This document shows, piece by piece, positions 30,301 through 37,833 of a DNA stretch of 64,000 bases. The position numbers and the translations under genes are program-made. The stretch is from the IMG/VR virus record IMGVR_UViG_3300045988_115217; one strand, written 5' to 3'. The number at the start of each line of letters is the position of its first letter. Position 1 is the stretch's first letter. The notes beneath the pieces were generated by a model. That model was not told the DNA's origin. It saw only the letters and a list, made by a program, of their open reading frames with translations, and searched no databases. The DNA is from a virus.

Positions 30301-31159
30301 AGCTCAGAATTTGGAGGCGACAAGTCTCAAAGTAACAGGTAATAGTCAACTTGGAATCTTCGAGATACGCACAGCTAAGAAAGATGATAGAGACCAATAC
30401 ACTATCGGTGGTGATGCTATTCAATACAGTGGTGGCTACATGTTCCCGGATGGTAAAACGGAAGCATTCGACGCGGGTAGCTTCTTGATGTATAAGCCAA
30501 TGTTCGTTAGGCAAGGTAGTCCTGATAATTCTGCATATATGCGACTTGGGTATCAATTCACGGAATGGGATGACTGTAATATTTCTGGTGGAAACAAGAA
30601 TTATTTCTTTGTCGGTGCGGCAGCGAGATACGTATGTTCGGGTGATACGGGCTCGTGTAGCAGAACCCTCCTGCCAGTTGACTTGAAATACTCTTTATCT
30701 TATTCAGAACTCAAGCCAGCCGCTTACATTTATTCAGTCAAAACCTTGCAGGATGACCCTGCTTTCGCCATCAAGGTTGTTAAACCAGAGGGTAGCAGTG
30801 GAGAGCGCACGGCAATACAGACTAATGCGGCTATACGAGGAGTGTTTGCTCCGAACGCAACGGACATTTATAAGGACCGGCAAATACCAAACGGCATCGG
30901 AGTAGTTTATTGCTCAAATAATAGTGATATGACGTTAACTCTTCCGGTCAATCCTGTTGATGGACAGACACTGATAATCATACAGGGTTCTAATGGCAGG
31001 GTATATATCATTCCTCCTTCTAATGACGTTAAGATATATTGTGGCGGTTACACAAGAGACAGAAACAATAAATTCTTCTCGGGAATGACGGGTCAGTTTA
31101 ATATCTTTGTTTATGCTAGTGGCGCATGGCAGTTACAATGGATGAATTATAAACCATGA
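24305..31159 (+). CDS. giant tail/baseplate host-interaction protein (2284 aa)
   Basis: Located after the TMP/Dit genes. Has a GGSGSGGGG linker, a GGKGEKGDD stretch and repeated NLL...GW carbohydrate-binding-like segments. Confidence 0.55.
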   Translation: MINIYDVNGKVLMQAEITSSAIRVEELSKSDYISLSWNSAEKVILPAGAYIVHKYKIDKVREVTRQFLLLESYEPTQSDEMSWKYTPEFQHQKMVLSKKPFFIRTRNSKNEVIKQYDFDFFGTMVTIADRLKDFLNNELKFGNAGWVINYDITNTNAINVSFSDNDFMSALTAITNAIGDNCEWHIDYDNETIHIGNVLRDDLPIVTLKVGENVGIPSITNSKEDYYNAFAVFGGTRNITQVNDKGENISSSDIKLQLSKGSGTTEIDGKKLSYSIDEFSTIDMRQNKNEQLFIKILNFAQIYPSLNTYVYNVRGREKYVLQDGNKIPLTYNADGSVKTYKTFTVWYVRMAYPTTEKIADKKLVNTTVDNGVTHYWYDFEVTDDLLINGKNIGCSFEANFNEGALSTPLAGRGTNGDYVGFELTYHKEASSTHTTDDVDSSNFAVLAGDFEIIYQEDNDLIIPTNAKDMIIPKGESLPSYKCNITVLYNIAMTESIYTEDAQKRLLDAAMKEIKRLLSDLNNYSVKSYPQVFEAKNPCLQIGQKVVYDDGNGYQLNTRAQKITTNIDFEFVQEITVGNEVIKGNTAQLKEDVKEIIASGGSGSGGGGNYTTSQLKNLIGKYGTGYFVSKLFDDTANGKITFIKGLVAKALADLAMGATFGNSAKITELGEAVFSAIKSLDYDNAAEQGFSVEKEKNGKYHAFFTNLTIWGKAIFHELEIRKLSYSGGNIYLSGAGSKLVRVVPVKKLVSDGGVTTWVKTTEDDVECVGWKCYLLADNGTTATMNYWQEGDQVRCQTIGEIAAGGTYSDVSNKSYWRTIPDGGVSTQNEKIYGTKLETYLDEDGNEQTKEVQVELYDGQAFAWIVIGKHCGDIDGYDDEFSVGYNGSNPAPLETRDIPSAGDTIVLDGNRHRNEHGEYDKTDRQNVIILETTGEYAPRIACYANISEYKHTITKSVNGSDKEVSLSVFETSPKGGTKINSSRFEWISDDGSTINIINYRGDWEENNTYHKNDQVNYNNAVWVCVANSGVDVADKPSEGSSNWKKVLSGGKGEKGDDAVSYSVSLMKELRTIAGHSNQSAVTVSFRKQEGSKSTVSGNIATFGDSASVKCYIDGERSDNMTDWINSGNDYFGYLNYEDAWTGKSVITVVMYIGDNIVASANFSLGQSGEGVVMAYKNATSRPSKPTVEDLSQLSDGWSRTPQKGGSYLKVDNISYGSFDNGASSFVDSTSKSWTDVTEGGNSWKKSPSGLSDNYGWAIMKVSFTTNVDNSDVKVTIKAYSEGNYDFVQVHALDTEITGSSSLRKTGVADISGNGIETSYSYHVTTTGQHFFYVSYCKDVSGNSNGDYGLFRFDLSDNLVTLPSTVWMSQATLKDGKAVLPWSEPVKITGEDAYRVVVSPSVLIFDTDDYGKVAESSLGDKKTATIRVYQGDKDVSKQFSKYDRLPSNYYNCNGSLKDLNTSPLEIQVTEIETQVVTDTEGNESTISKTNGFLEFILTNASATVTAHVDVQVNVAKFAGQMVNTNKRFSNTLTEVGNKVDNKMDSFDLNEFKAEITQTAREISLSVSEKAIGRRNLLIGSAARRQGEGWTFMSGDYYNNLPCESIEINSGHEGVNAIHCRTKQTGTNSYYMCGFRWVGTSSSQGNIKLKKGKSYTLSFWAKAYNSGYVKFISELIWQGSATDNSRPAGYTGPKGFLTTQQATKSNTWTQFKVNIEVPSSASYEYVEVNIFARATNYTLQDAYICKPMLEEGDYNGWTLSEQDYDYVGGNLLDNTRTLTVGGNLNDVSESTIISQGYGYDSAVAHADNSSGSSYKEILRWGTTSGGNVSFQKGKDYLLSFLANGSGRMTCYLYCSANNTSSIYSENNQGYVTNNAADGASNFTLSSGWKRYWVHFRVLTDSPLPTDILMRAVIGTNVYVAQPKLEEGATMTEYTERKSELVDKASLKAAGIVVDSESVTLYGNQVHIKKNKTDANDTVLIDNNTGTISAGLIKADEVVARGIKAQNLEATSLKVTGNSQLGIFEIRTAKKDDRDQYTIGGDAIQYSGGYMFPDGKTEAFDAGSFLMYKPMFVRQGSPDNSAYMRLGYQFTEWDDCNISGGNKNYFFVGAAARYVCSGDTGSCSRTLLPVDLKYSLSYSELKPAAYIYSVKTLQDDPAFAIKVVKPEGSSGERTAIQTNAAIRGVFAPNATDIYKDRQIPNGIGVVYCSNNSDMTLTLPVNPVDGQTLIIIQGSNGRVYIIPPSNDVKIYCGGYTRDRNNKFFSGMTGQFNIFVYASGAWQLQWMNYKP

Positions 31160-31181
31160 TTTTAATAAATATCATAAGTTT

Positions 31182-33980
31182 ATGAAAAAAATAGTAAAAG
31201 GTAACGACTTCACACTGAAGATACCAGTGATGAAGATGGTAGAGGGGCGACCACAGACTTTTCCTCTGCCAGCCTGTACAGATGTGGTGGTACAGGTTTG
31301 TAATCAATTCAGACGCATCCCTCTTGCGTTTGAAATTGACGTAAAGGAGGACAATGTTATCCTTGCGAGAGTAGAGGGTGACAAGATGAGCCTTGGCACT
31401 TATGCCATCGAGGTAAGGGGTAAGATATTCGGCAATGACTGGCGAAGCAGCGAATACCCTCAGTTTTCCATCGTAGCCAAGAATGCCGATGCCGATACCG
31501 AGTTTGTTGAGACTGACGAGGGCGACAACAGCGTGGAGATGGATACCGCTATGGTTATCCTCCCTCCTTCCGTGGAGTTGAGTGACCTCATTAATAAGGC
31601 TAACGAGGCTTTGAAAAACAACAAGGAAACAAACGATACCCTCAATATTAACGAGGAAGCGAGAAAAGAAGCAGAGACGCAACGAGTATCTGCCGAGTCC
31701 GAGCGAGTATCTGCCGAACAGACGAGAGTATCTGCTGAGGATGCTCGCATGAAGGCAGAGGTCAGTCGTGTAAGTGCAGAATCCGACCGTGCAAGAGCGG
31801 AAGATGCACGCACTAAAATCGAGATTGAGCGACAGGCAAATGAACTTACCCGAAAGGATAACGAGACGAAGCGTGTCAATGCTGAAACATTAAGGAACAA
31901 TGCCGAGAAGTTGCGTGTCTTGCAAGAGAATGAGCGCAAGGGTAACGAGGACGTTCGTAAGTCAGATGAGGATGCACGTATCAAGGCTGAAAGCGCACGT
32001 AGCAAGGCTGAGACCAAGAGAGAGGAAGATTTCTCTGCATCCAAGGAAGCCGCTGACAACGCAACCGAAAAGGCTTTATCTACTTATTCCCACCCTCCTT
32101 ATGCTGATAGCGATGGTTTCTATTACAAGTGGAATCCTGACACGCAGAGTTACGACAAGACGGATGTGAACTTGAAGGCGCAGCCTAGCAAACCAGCCTT
32201 TGTCTTTAAGTCGGTTGAAGAAATGGAGACTACGGACATAAATAACTTCGACCTGTATGATTATGTTATCATCAATACCGACGATACAGAGGATGAGGAC
32301 AATGCGAAGCTGTACCTCATAGACAAGAACGAGGATGGTACAAAATATTACCATTACCTTGTTGATATGAGCGGTTTCCGTGGATTTGCTGGCAAGACAC
32401 CTCAAATCTCCATCGGAACGATTACCACCCTACTTCCTAGCGAGAAGGCTAGTGTAGCCATGACCAGCGACGGTATGGATGAGCAAGGAAACCCCAAATA
32501 CGTCATTAACTTCGCTATTCCGCAAGGACGGAAAGGCGATAAGGGTGATTCATTTTCTTACGCTGACTTCACGGCAGAGCAAATCAAGGAGCTACAAAAA
32601 CCTGCTACTGATGCTATTGCAACACTTGGTCAGACTAAGGTGGATTGTGAGAATGCTACAAAGGCAGCAAACGATGCTGCTTCTGACGCTACCGTAGCTA
32701 AGACCAAGGCAGAGAACGCTGCTTCTGGGGCAGAGAAGTGTAACGTCATCCTTGAAGGCTCTACCGTCAAGGTGACTGACAGAAACGGAGAAACCAAGTC
32801 TGTAGATGTTATTAATACGAATGAGGAAGTGACCGTCACCATCGCCTCTTCCGTGGAATCCATCAAGGTAGCTGGCATTAAGATTAATGTATTCTTGAAT
32901 AACGGCAAGACCCCCCAGACCTATACAACAGATACAGAGGGTAAGGCGACCTTCACTATCGACAGAGGTAACTATTATCAGGTGACGTTTCCTGAGTATG
33001 GCAATGCGCAGCCTATCGCTCCTCAAGGCTATACAGCAGTATTGGGTAGCCGTAATATCAATGTGGAGTATCTGCCATACGATGAGGATAGTATGGAGAA
33101 GGTGATTATCACGGCTACTAAATACGATGATAACGTGGGGACGGCATGGGAAGGTATTCCTGTTATCGTGACTGTTGATAGAAAGGCTACCACCTATCAG
33201 ACGGATGCAAAAGGTCAGGTAACGGTATTCGTACCATATAAGAAGGAATATACTGTAAGAATTGATAATCAGGATGGCTATAACGTTAGCTTTAACAAAA
33301 ATTCAAGAACTAATACAGCGAATGTTCCCCAGAGACTTATCGACTACAGATTCTATCAGTTTAAGGCGGGTATTTTTGTAGTAGATGCAAACAAAAACGA
33401 ATATTACATCGAGGACTGGGTGGCAGCAGGTAAGAGCTCTGATGATGCGGTAGCTATCAAAGTGGCGGATGCCTCATTATCTATCAATCATGGCACTTTC
33501 TGCATTCGTACAAGTGACATTAAGAACGTGTCGCAGTTGGTCAGCAAACAATGGTGTACACAGAACTTACAGTTCGATTCTATCGCCCTGAATGGTAATA
33601 ATGTAAAAGATGCGAATTACTACAACGGAGAATCTTCATCATACCTTATCAGACAGGAGGCTCAGGAGCGAAGTTTATCTGTGCCTGCTTTTGATTATGC
33701 GTATGAACAGATATTCACAATCGGTGGTGAAGAACTTCATGGTTTCATCATGTCGGTAGGTCAGGAATACGTACATGTAGCTAATATCGGTATCATCAAG
33801 CAGGTGCTGGAGACCCTGTATGGCGAGGAAGTAGCTACTAATTATTACGACTTTGTGATGAAGAGATACAGATGGACTTCTACGCAGGACAGCGCTACGT
33901 ACGCTTGGTTCTTCAGTAGTAGTGCAAACTTCAACCTCAAGTGGCTCAGTTTCGTGGTCCTGCCGGTTTACGCTTGTTAA
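31182..33980 (+). CDS. tail fibre-like DGR target protein (932 aa) with a C-terminal variable region
   Basis: Coiled-coil AE..R repeats, two CarboxypepD_reg-like beta domains, and a C-terminus ...WTSTQDSATYAWFFSSSANFNLKWLSFVVLPVYAC encoded by the VR. Confidence 0.8.
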   Translation: MKKIVKGNDFTLKIPVMKMVEGRPQTFPLPACTDVVVQVCNQFRRIPLAFEIDVKEDNVILARVEGDKMSLGTYAIEVRGKIFGNDWRSSEYPQFSIVAKNADADTEFVETDEGDNSVEMDTAMVILPPSVELSDLINKANEALKNNKETNDTLNINEEARKEAETQRVSAESERVSAEQTRVSAEDARMKAEVSRVSAESDRARAEDARTKIEIERQANELTRKDNETKRVNAETLRNNAEKLRVLQENERKGNEDVRKSDEDARIKAESARSKAETKREEDFSASKEAADNATEKALSTYSHPPYADSDGFYYKWNPDTQSYDKTDVNLKAQPSKPAFVFKSVEEMETTDINNFDLYDYVIINTDDTEDEDNAKLYLIDKNEDGTKYYHYLVDMSGFRGFAGKTPQISIGTITTLLPSEKASVAMTSDGMDEQGNPKYVINFAIPQGRKGDKGDSFSYADFTAEQIKELQKPATDAIATLGQTKVDCENATKAANDAASDATVAKTKAENAASGAEKCNVILEGSTVKVTDRNGETKSVDVINTNEEVTVTIASSVESIKVAGIKINVFLNNGKTPQTYTTDTEGKATFTIDRGNYYQVTFPEYGNAQPIAPQGYTAVLGSRNINVEYLPYDEDSMEKVIITATKYDDNVGTAWEGIPVIVTVDRKATTYQTDAKGQVTVFVPYKKEYTVRIDNQDGYNVSFNKNSRTNTANVPQRLIDYRFYQFKAGIFVVDANKNEYYIEDWVAAGKSSDDAVAIKVADASLSINHGTFCIRTSDIKNVSQLVSKQWCTQNLQFDSIALNGNNVKDANYYNGESSSYLIRQEAQERSLSVPAFDYAYEQIFTIGGEELHGFIMSVGQEYVHVANIGIIKQVLETLYGEEVATNYYDFVMKRYRWTSTQDSATYAWFFSSSANFNLKWLSFVVLPVYAC
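33881..33976 (+). repeat. DGR variable region (VR)
   Basis: Ungapped 96-nt alignment to 34565-34660. There are 15 mismatches, all opposite TR adenines. Confidence 0.85.
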
Positions 33981-34091
33981 TCTCTTTATCTCTTCAAAAT
34001 CTCTTCCTCTCTCCATGCAAGCAGCGAGCAAGCGGCGAGCAATGAGCAGGGAGGGATATAAGAGCAATTTTTAATTTCATTCCCTTAAAAA

Positions 34092-34700
34092 ATGGCATTT
34101 GCAGAGGATTTGTACATATATAAAGATACGCTACTCTTGTGCAAGATATTACTCAGGTATAGCAATAGCGTGAGTAGAACCGTCAGGTTTACAACCTACA
34201 ATGAAGCGGTCGTCAAGTCTTGTACAGCTCTTGACTTGGTTAGGAGAATTAACGAAAGTTGGGAGAATAGAGAGGAGCGTATGCACGATTATATTCTGCT
34301 TATGTCGGAAGTCAAGTCAAGAATCAGCCTCCTCACGGATGCCGAGTTCTTAAACAAGAAACAGGCAACCAACCTTAATATGATGTCAGACAAGGTACTG
34401 AAGGAGGTGTATGGCTGGCGGAAGTCTGAGCGGAAGCGCAAAGGCGAGAATTGCAGAGTCAACGACAATGCAAGAGTGTCGTCACTGAATGTGACAAGGG
34501 GTACAATCACGCAACTCACTTATGTGAGAAGTGAACAGACTGGAAAACAGAGAATGTACCGAGATACGCAGAACAGCGCTACGAACGCTTGGAACTACAG
34601 TAGTAGTGCAAACAACAACAACAAGTGGAACAGTAACGTGGTCCTGCCGGTTTACGATTATCCAACAGTGGCGAATGCCTCTGTATTTGCTATTTTTTAA
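34092..34700 (+). CDS. avd: Avd-like accessory variability determinant; ORF reads on through the TR
   Basis: The N-terminal ~120 aa are helical and end in a basic WRKSERKRKGE, like bAvd. There is no stop until 34700, so the TR is inside this frame. Confidence 0.6.
   Translation: MAFAEDLYIYKDTLLLCKILLRYSNSVSRTVRFTTYNEAVVKSCTALDLVRRINESWENREERMHDYILLMSEVKSRISLLTDAEFLNKKQATNLNMMSDKVLKEVYGWRKSERKRKGENCRVNDNARVSSLNVTRGTITQLTYVRSEQTGKQRMYRDTQNSATNAWNYSSSANNNNKWNSNVVLPVYDYPTVANASVFAIF
34565..34660 (+). repeat. DGR template repeat (TR)
   Basis: A-rich with AAC codons. The 3' block GTGGTCCTGCCGGTTTACG is identical to the VR. Confidence 0.85.
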
Positions 34701-34705
34701 GGGAT

Positions 34706-35872
34706 ATGAAATTTGAGAAAGAGTATGTTACGATAGAAGAGGTGTATGCCGCCTATTATGACTGCTGTAAGCATAAAGGTTCGACACCGGGCTGTATCGA
34801 ATACCAGATGAATTATATTGCGAATAATTATCAACTGTATGTCGAATTAAATTCGATGTCATACGAGATAAGTAAAAGTAAGGCATTCTGTGTGACGAGA
34901 CCAAAGCTTCGGGAGGTGTTTTGCGCAGACTTCCGTGACCGCATCATTCACCATCTGCTTGCTATCAAGTTCACGGATATACTCGAAGGCGAAATGACAG
35001 ATAAGGCGTATGCCTGCCGTAAGGGTAAGGGTACTGATTACGGTATCGCTGATGTCAAGAAGCAAATAAAGCGAGTGAGCGATAACTATACTAAGGAAGC
35101 ATGGATATTGAGAGGTGATTTACAGGGCTTCTTCATGAGCATCAATCGCGCGCTCCTTTATAGCCTCCTTGAGAAAGTTATCAGAAAAAAGTATCATGGA
35201 AGTGATATGGAATGGTGGCTGTGGTTATGGAAGAAAGTTGTCTTGCATGACCCGACAAAAAACTGTGTCCGAGTAGGCGATTTGAGTTTGTGGGATAAGC
35301 TTCCTGCTAACAAGTCGCTCTTTACATGCGGTGAGGGCAAGGGACTCCCTATCGGCAACCTACCGTCACAACTTCTTGCCAATCTCTTGCTATCTCAATT
35401 CGATAAACTGATGATAGAGCGAGTGGGCAAAGATGGTGGATATGGCAGATATGTAGATGATTTCCTGGTTATCAGTAGGGATGAAAAGCTACTTCTGAAT
35501 ATTCTGCAAGAGGCAAGGAGCTATCTGTTGGAAGAGCTTGGTCTTACGTTGCATCCTCATAAGGTTAGCCTTCAGAGGGCAGCAAGCGGAGTAAGGTTTA
35601 CAGGCGCATTAATTCGCCCAGGCAGGATGCTTCCAAACTTGCGAACGATAGAACATCTGTATGACGTGATTGATAGGTTTGGGATAGAATCTGACCCGAA
35701 AAGCGAAGTCTTACAGAGGTATGTGAGTCGTATCAATAGTCTGATGGGTGTACTTGTGCATTACAACACCTATAATATCAGGCGTAAGACATGGGCGATG
35801 ATGCCCTATAAGAACAGAGTTTTCTGTGTCAATATGAAGAAAATTAGAATAATGAATAAATATAAAACGTAA
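34706..35872 (+). CDS. DGR reverse transcriptase
   Basis: GRYVDDF catalytic box, a PIGNLPSQLLANLLL (DGR-type [ILV]GxxxSQ) box, and adjacency to the TR. Confidence 0.9.
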   Translation: MKFEKEYVTIEEVYAAYYDCCKHKGSTPGCIEYQMNYIANNYQLYVELNSMSYEISKSKAFCVTRPKLREVFCADFRDRIIHHLLAIKFTDILEGEMTDKAYACRKGKGTDYGIADVKKQIKRVSDNYTKEAWILRGDLQGFFMSINRALLYSLLEKVIRKKYHGSDMEWWLWLWKKVVLHDPTKNCVRVGDLSLWDKLPANKSLFTCGEGKGLPIGNLPSQLLANLLLSQFDKLMIERVGKDGGYGRYVDDFLVISRDEKLLLNILQEARSYLLEELGLTLHPHKVSLQRAASGVRFTGALIRPGRMLPNLRTIEHLYDVIDRFGIESDPKSEVLQRYVSRINSLMGVLVHYNTYNIRRKTWAMMPYKNRVFCVNMKKIRIMNKYKT

Positions 35873-35878
35873 AAGATT

Positions 35879-36469
35879 ATGGAGAAAATTAATTTTATCA
35901 AAGCCTTTATCCCTAAAGGCGATTTTAATGAAAAGTATGAGCACGGAGGAATGATGGTTCGTCATCTTGCTGCTGTGCTTGACGAGAAGATGGGAGCGTA
36001 CGAATGCTACGAGTGTACCGTGCCTATCGGTGAGTACGATGAAAACGGGGTACAGAAGGCATTTACTGAGTTTTCGGCTAAGATGGATGCCTTAAAACTT
36101 AAACAGGCAAAGGTTGACAAGATAGCCGAGATAACAGCCTACGACACATCGGACAAGGTGAACGGCTTTGTGTTGAATGGGTTACTGGTGTGGCTCGACA
36201 AGGCGACACGTGTAGGATTGATGAACTCAACTACCATTGCTAAGGCAGCAGGCCAAGAAACGACAACTCTGTGGCTTGGAGGACTGAAACTGGTGGTGGA
36301 TTGTGATAAGGCTATTCAGTTACTCTCTGCGCTTGAGATGTATGCCCTGGAATGCTTCAATGTGACGGCAAGTCATAAGGCAGCAGTAAACGAACTGACG
36401 ACCATCGAAGAGGTGGAAGCCTACGACTATAAGGCTGGCTATCCGAAGATGCTTGAGATGAGTGTGTAA
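35879..36469 (+). CDS. hypothetical protein, possibly DUF4376-like fibre accessory
   Basis: Positioned after the fibre/DGR genes. The family call is from memory only. Confidence 0.35.
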   Translation: MEKINFIKAFIPKGDFNEKYEHGGMMVRHLAAVLDEKMGAYECYECTVPIGEYDENGVQKAFTEFSAKMDALKLKQAKVDKIAEITAYDTSDKVNGFVLNGLLVWLDKATRVGLMNSTTIAKAAGQETTTLWLGGLKLVVDCDKAIQLLSALEMYALECFNVTASHKAAVNELTTIEEVEAYDYKAGYPKMLEMSV

Positions 36470-36473
36470 TAAT

Positions 36474-36568
36474 ATCATTTTCCCATTATCGGGAAAATGA
36501 TAGCACCATATTCCTGATGTCACGAAAATGGTAATACCATTTTGTTGACGTCGATAAAATGGTAGCAA
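36474..36568 (+). promoter_or_regulatory. AAAATGGTA motif cluster upstream of the lysis cassette
   Basis: Hairpin at 36474-36499, palindrome AAAATGGTAATACCATTTT at 36524-36542, and further copies at 36493 and 36555. Confidence 0.3.
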
Positions 36569-36596
36569 CGTGTAACTAATTTAAATTCTAAAGATT

Positions 36597-37121
36597 ATGT
36601 ATGTATTAAGTATTATTTCTTTCCTTCTGTGGGCAGGATTTCTCTTGCTCGCAGCCATGCGGTTCGGCATTCCCGACATGATGAGTGATGTGTATTACCA
36701 GTTGCAGAAATGCACGGGTAGCGAAGTGATAGGCGATAAGCATAAGCGAAACTATGGCTGGGTGTTCACGCTCGTCATGTTTGCGAGTGCCTTGCTTATG
36801 CTTGTTTCTCTCCTCGACTCGGGTAAAGGTATTCAGTTCCTCGCGTTCCTCGGGTGCGCAGGACTGATGTTTGTGGGTTTTGTTCCTCATTATCTTGATA
36901 ATGCAGAACATGCAATACATAAAGCAGCAGCTATCACAGCGGCTATCGGATGTGTAGGATGGTGTTCGAGTGTTAATCTCGCTCCTACCCTATTGTTAGC
37001 TATTGCGGTGCTCATCATCTATTTCCATCCAGCTAAAAAGCCGGATTCCGTTGGGTATTACTGGGCAGAGTTGGCGGCATTCTTAGACGTATATTTGACT
37101 TACTGGATTTTTGCGCTATGA
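36597..37121 (+). CDS. multi-pass membrane protein (holin/lysis-associated?)
   Basis: Several hydrophobic helices. First gene of the amidase cassette. Confidence 0.4.
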   Translation: MYVLSIISFLLWAGFLLLAAMRFGIPDMMSDVYYQLQKCTGSEVIGDKHKRNYGWVFTLVMFASALLMLVSLLDSGKGIQFLAFLGCAGLMFVGFVPHYLDNAEHAIHKAAAITAAIGCVGWCSSVNLAPTLLLAIAVLIIYFHPAKKPDSVGYYWAELAAFLDVYLTYWIFAL

Positions 37122-37348
37122 AAAATTTATTCAAACTCAACAAGCGAGACTGGATTGGTCTTGCTTGTTGGCTGCTGGTAAGCATATTGGTAGGTCTGCT
37201 TGCCTTGCCGATAATGGTAGGCAGAGAGATATACCAGTACAAGCACTACAATTTGTCTAAGTTCGAGTGGGAAGATATTGTGAGGTATTCCGTAGTAATC
37301 TTACTCGGTAGTATTATTAATTACTTAATTTTAGATTCATTATTATGA
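37118..37348 (+). CDS. small two-TM membrane protein (holin-like)
   Basis: 76 aa with two hydrophobic segments, overlapping both neighbours by 4 nt. Confidence 0.45.
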   Translation: MKNLFKLNKRDWIGLACWLLVSILVGLLALPIMVGREIYQYKHYNLSKFEWEDIVRYSVVILLGSIINYLILDSLL

Positions 37349-37767
37349 GACAGATAAAAAGAATTTTTGTTCATTGCACTGCTTCTTCTCAGAAGTGGGG
37401 AGTTAAGGAACTGCTGGCAGAGTTTAAGGCGAAAGGTTGGAAAAATCCCGGTTATCACAAGGTAGTGACTGCGGATGGCATTGTGCATCAGTTGCTTGAC
37501 TTCAAGAATGTTAGTAATGGGGTGTATGGCTACAATTCGACCGCTATCAATATTGCATACGTGGGCGGTATTGATAGCAAAGGTAAGCCTATCGACAACA
37601 GAACTAAGGCTCAGAAGGTAGCTCTGAGGTCGTTACTTGTAGAGTTGCATCGTCAATATCCTCACGCAACCATCATGGGTCACAGGGATATATGGGGAAG
37701 TGACAGCAGAAAATGGAAAAAGTGGTGTCCTTGCTTTGATGCTAAGTCGGAGTATAAGGATATATAA
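37345..37767 (+). CDS. N-acetylmuramoyl-L-alanine amidase (Amidase_2/PGRP-type endolysin)
   Basis: IFVHCTAS...GYHKVV...DG...HRD...CPCFD pattern typical of T7-lysozyme-like amidases. Confidence 0.8.
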   Translation: MRQIKRIFVHCTASSQKWGVKELLAEFKAKGWKNPGYHKVVTADGIVHQLLDFKNVSNGVYGYNSTAINIAYVGGIDSKGKPIDNRTKAQKVALRSLLVELHRQYPHATIMGHRDIWGSDSRKWKKWCPCFDAKSEYKDI

Positions 37768-37788
37768 TAATGAGGATATATAATAATA

Positions 37789-37833
37789 ATGTGGTTATAA
37801 TGCCGTTAAAAAGCGGTTATAACCACATTTTTT
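37789..37833 (+). terminator. rho-independent terminator
   Basis: Perfect 12-bp stem ATGTGGTTATAA / TTATAACCACAT followed by TTTTTT. Confidence 0.75.

Noticed and set aside
24305-31159. A second DGR variable region in the 2284-aa tail protein
   Set aside because: I found no other copy of the TR 3' block GTCCTGCCGGTTTAC or of the SSSAN-type segment in the window.
31460-32059. 199-aa minus-strand ORF, and others antisense to the tail-fibre gene (32592-33026, 33675-34067)
   Set aside because: These are antisense to a strongly supported ORF. The Ser/Ala/Leu-rich translation is typical of the reverse frame of an AE-repeat coiled coil.
33977-34091. Hairpin/cruciform element downstream of the VR, as described for some DGRs
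   Set aside because: I found only an imperfect inverted repeat (CTCTCC ... GGGAGG) with a 34-nt loop, plus GCGAGCAA direct repeats. This is not convincing by eye.
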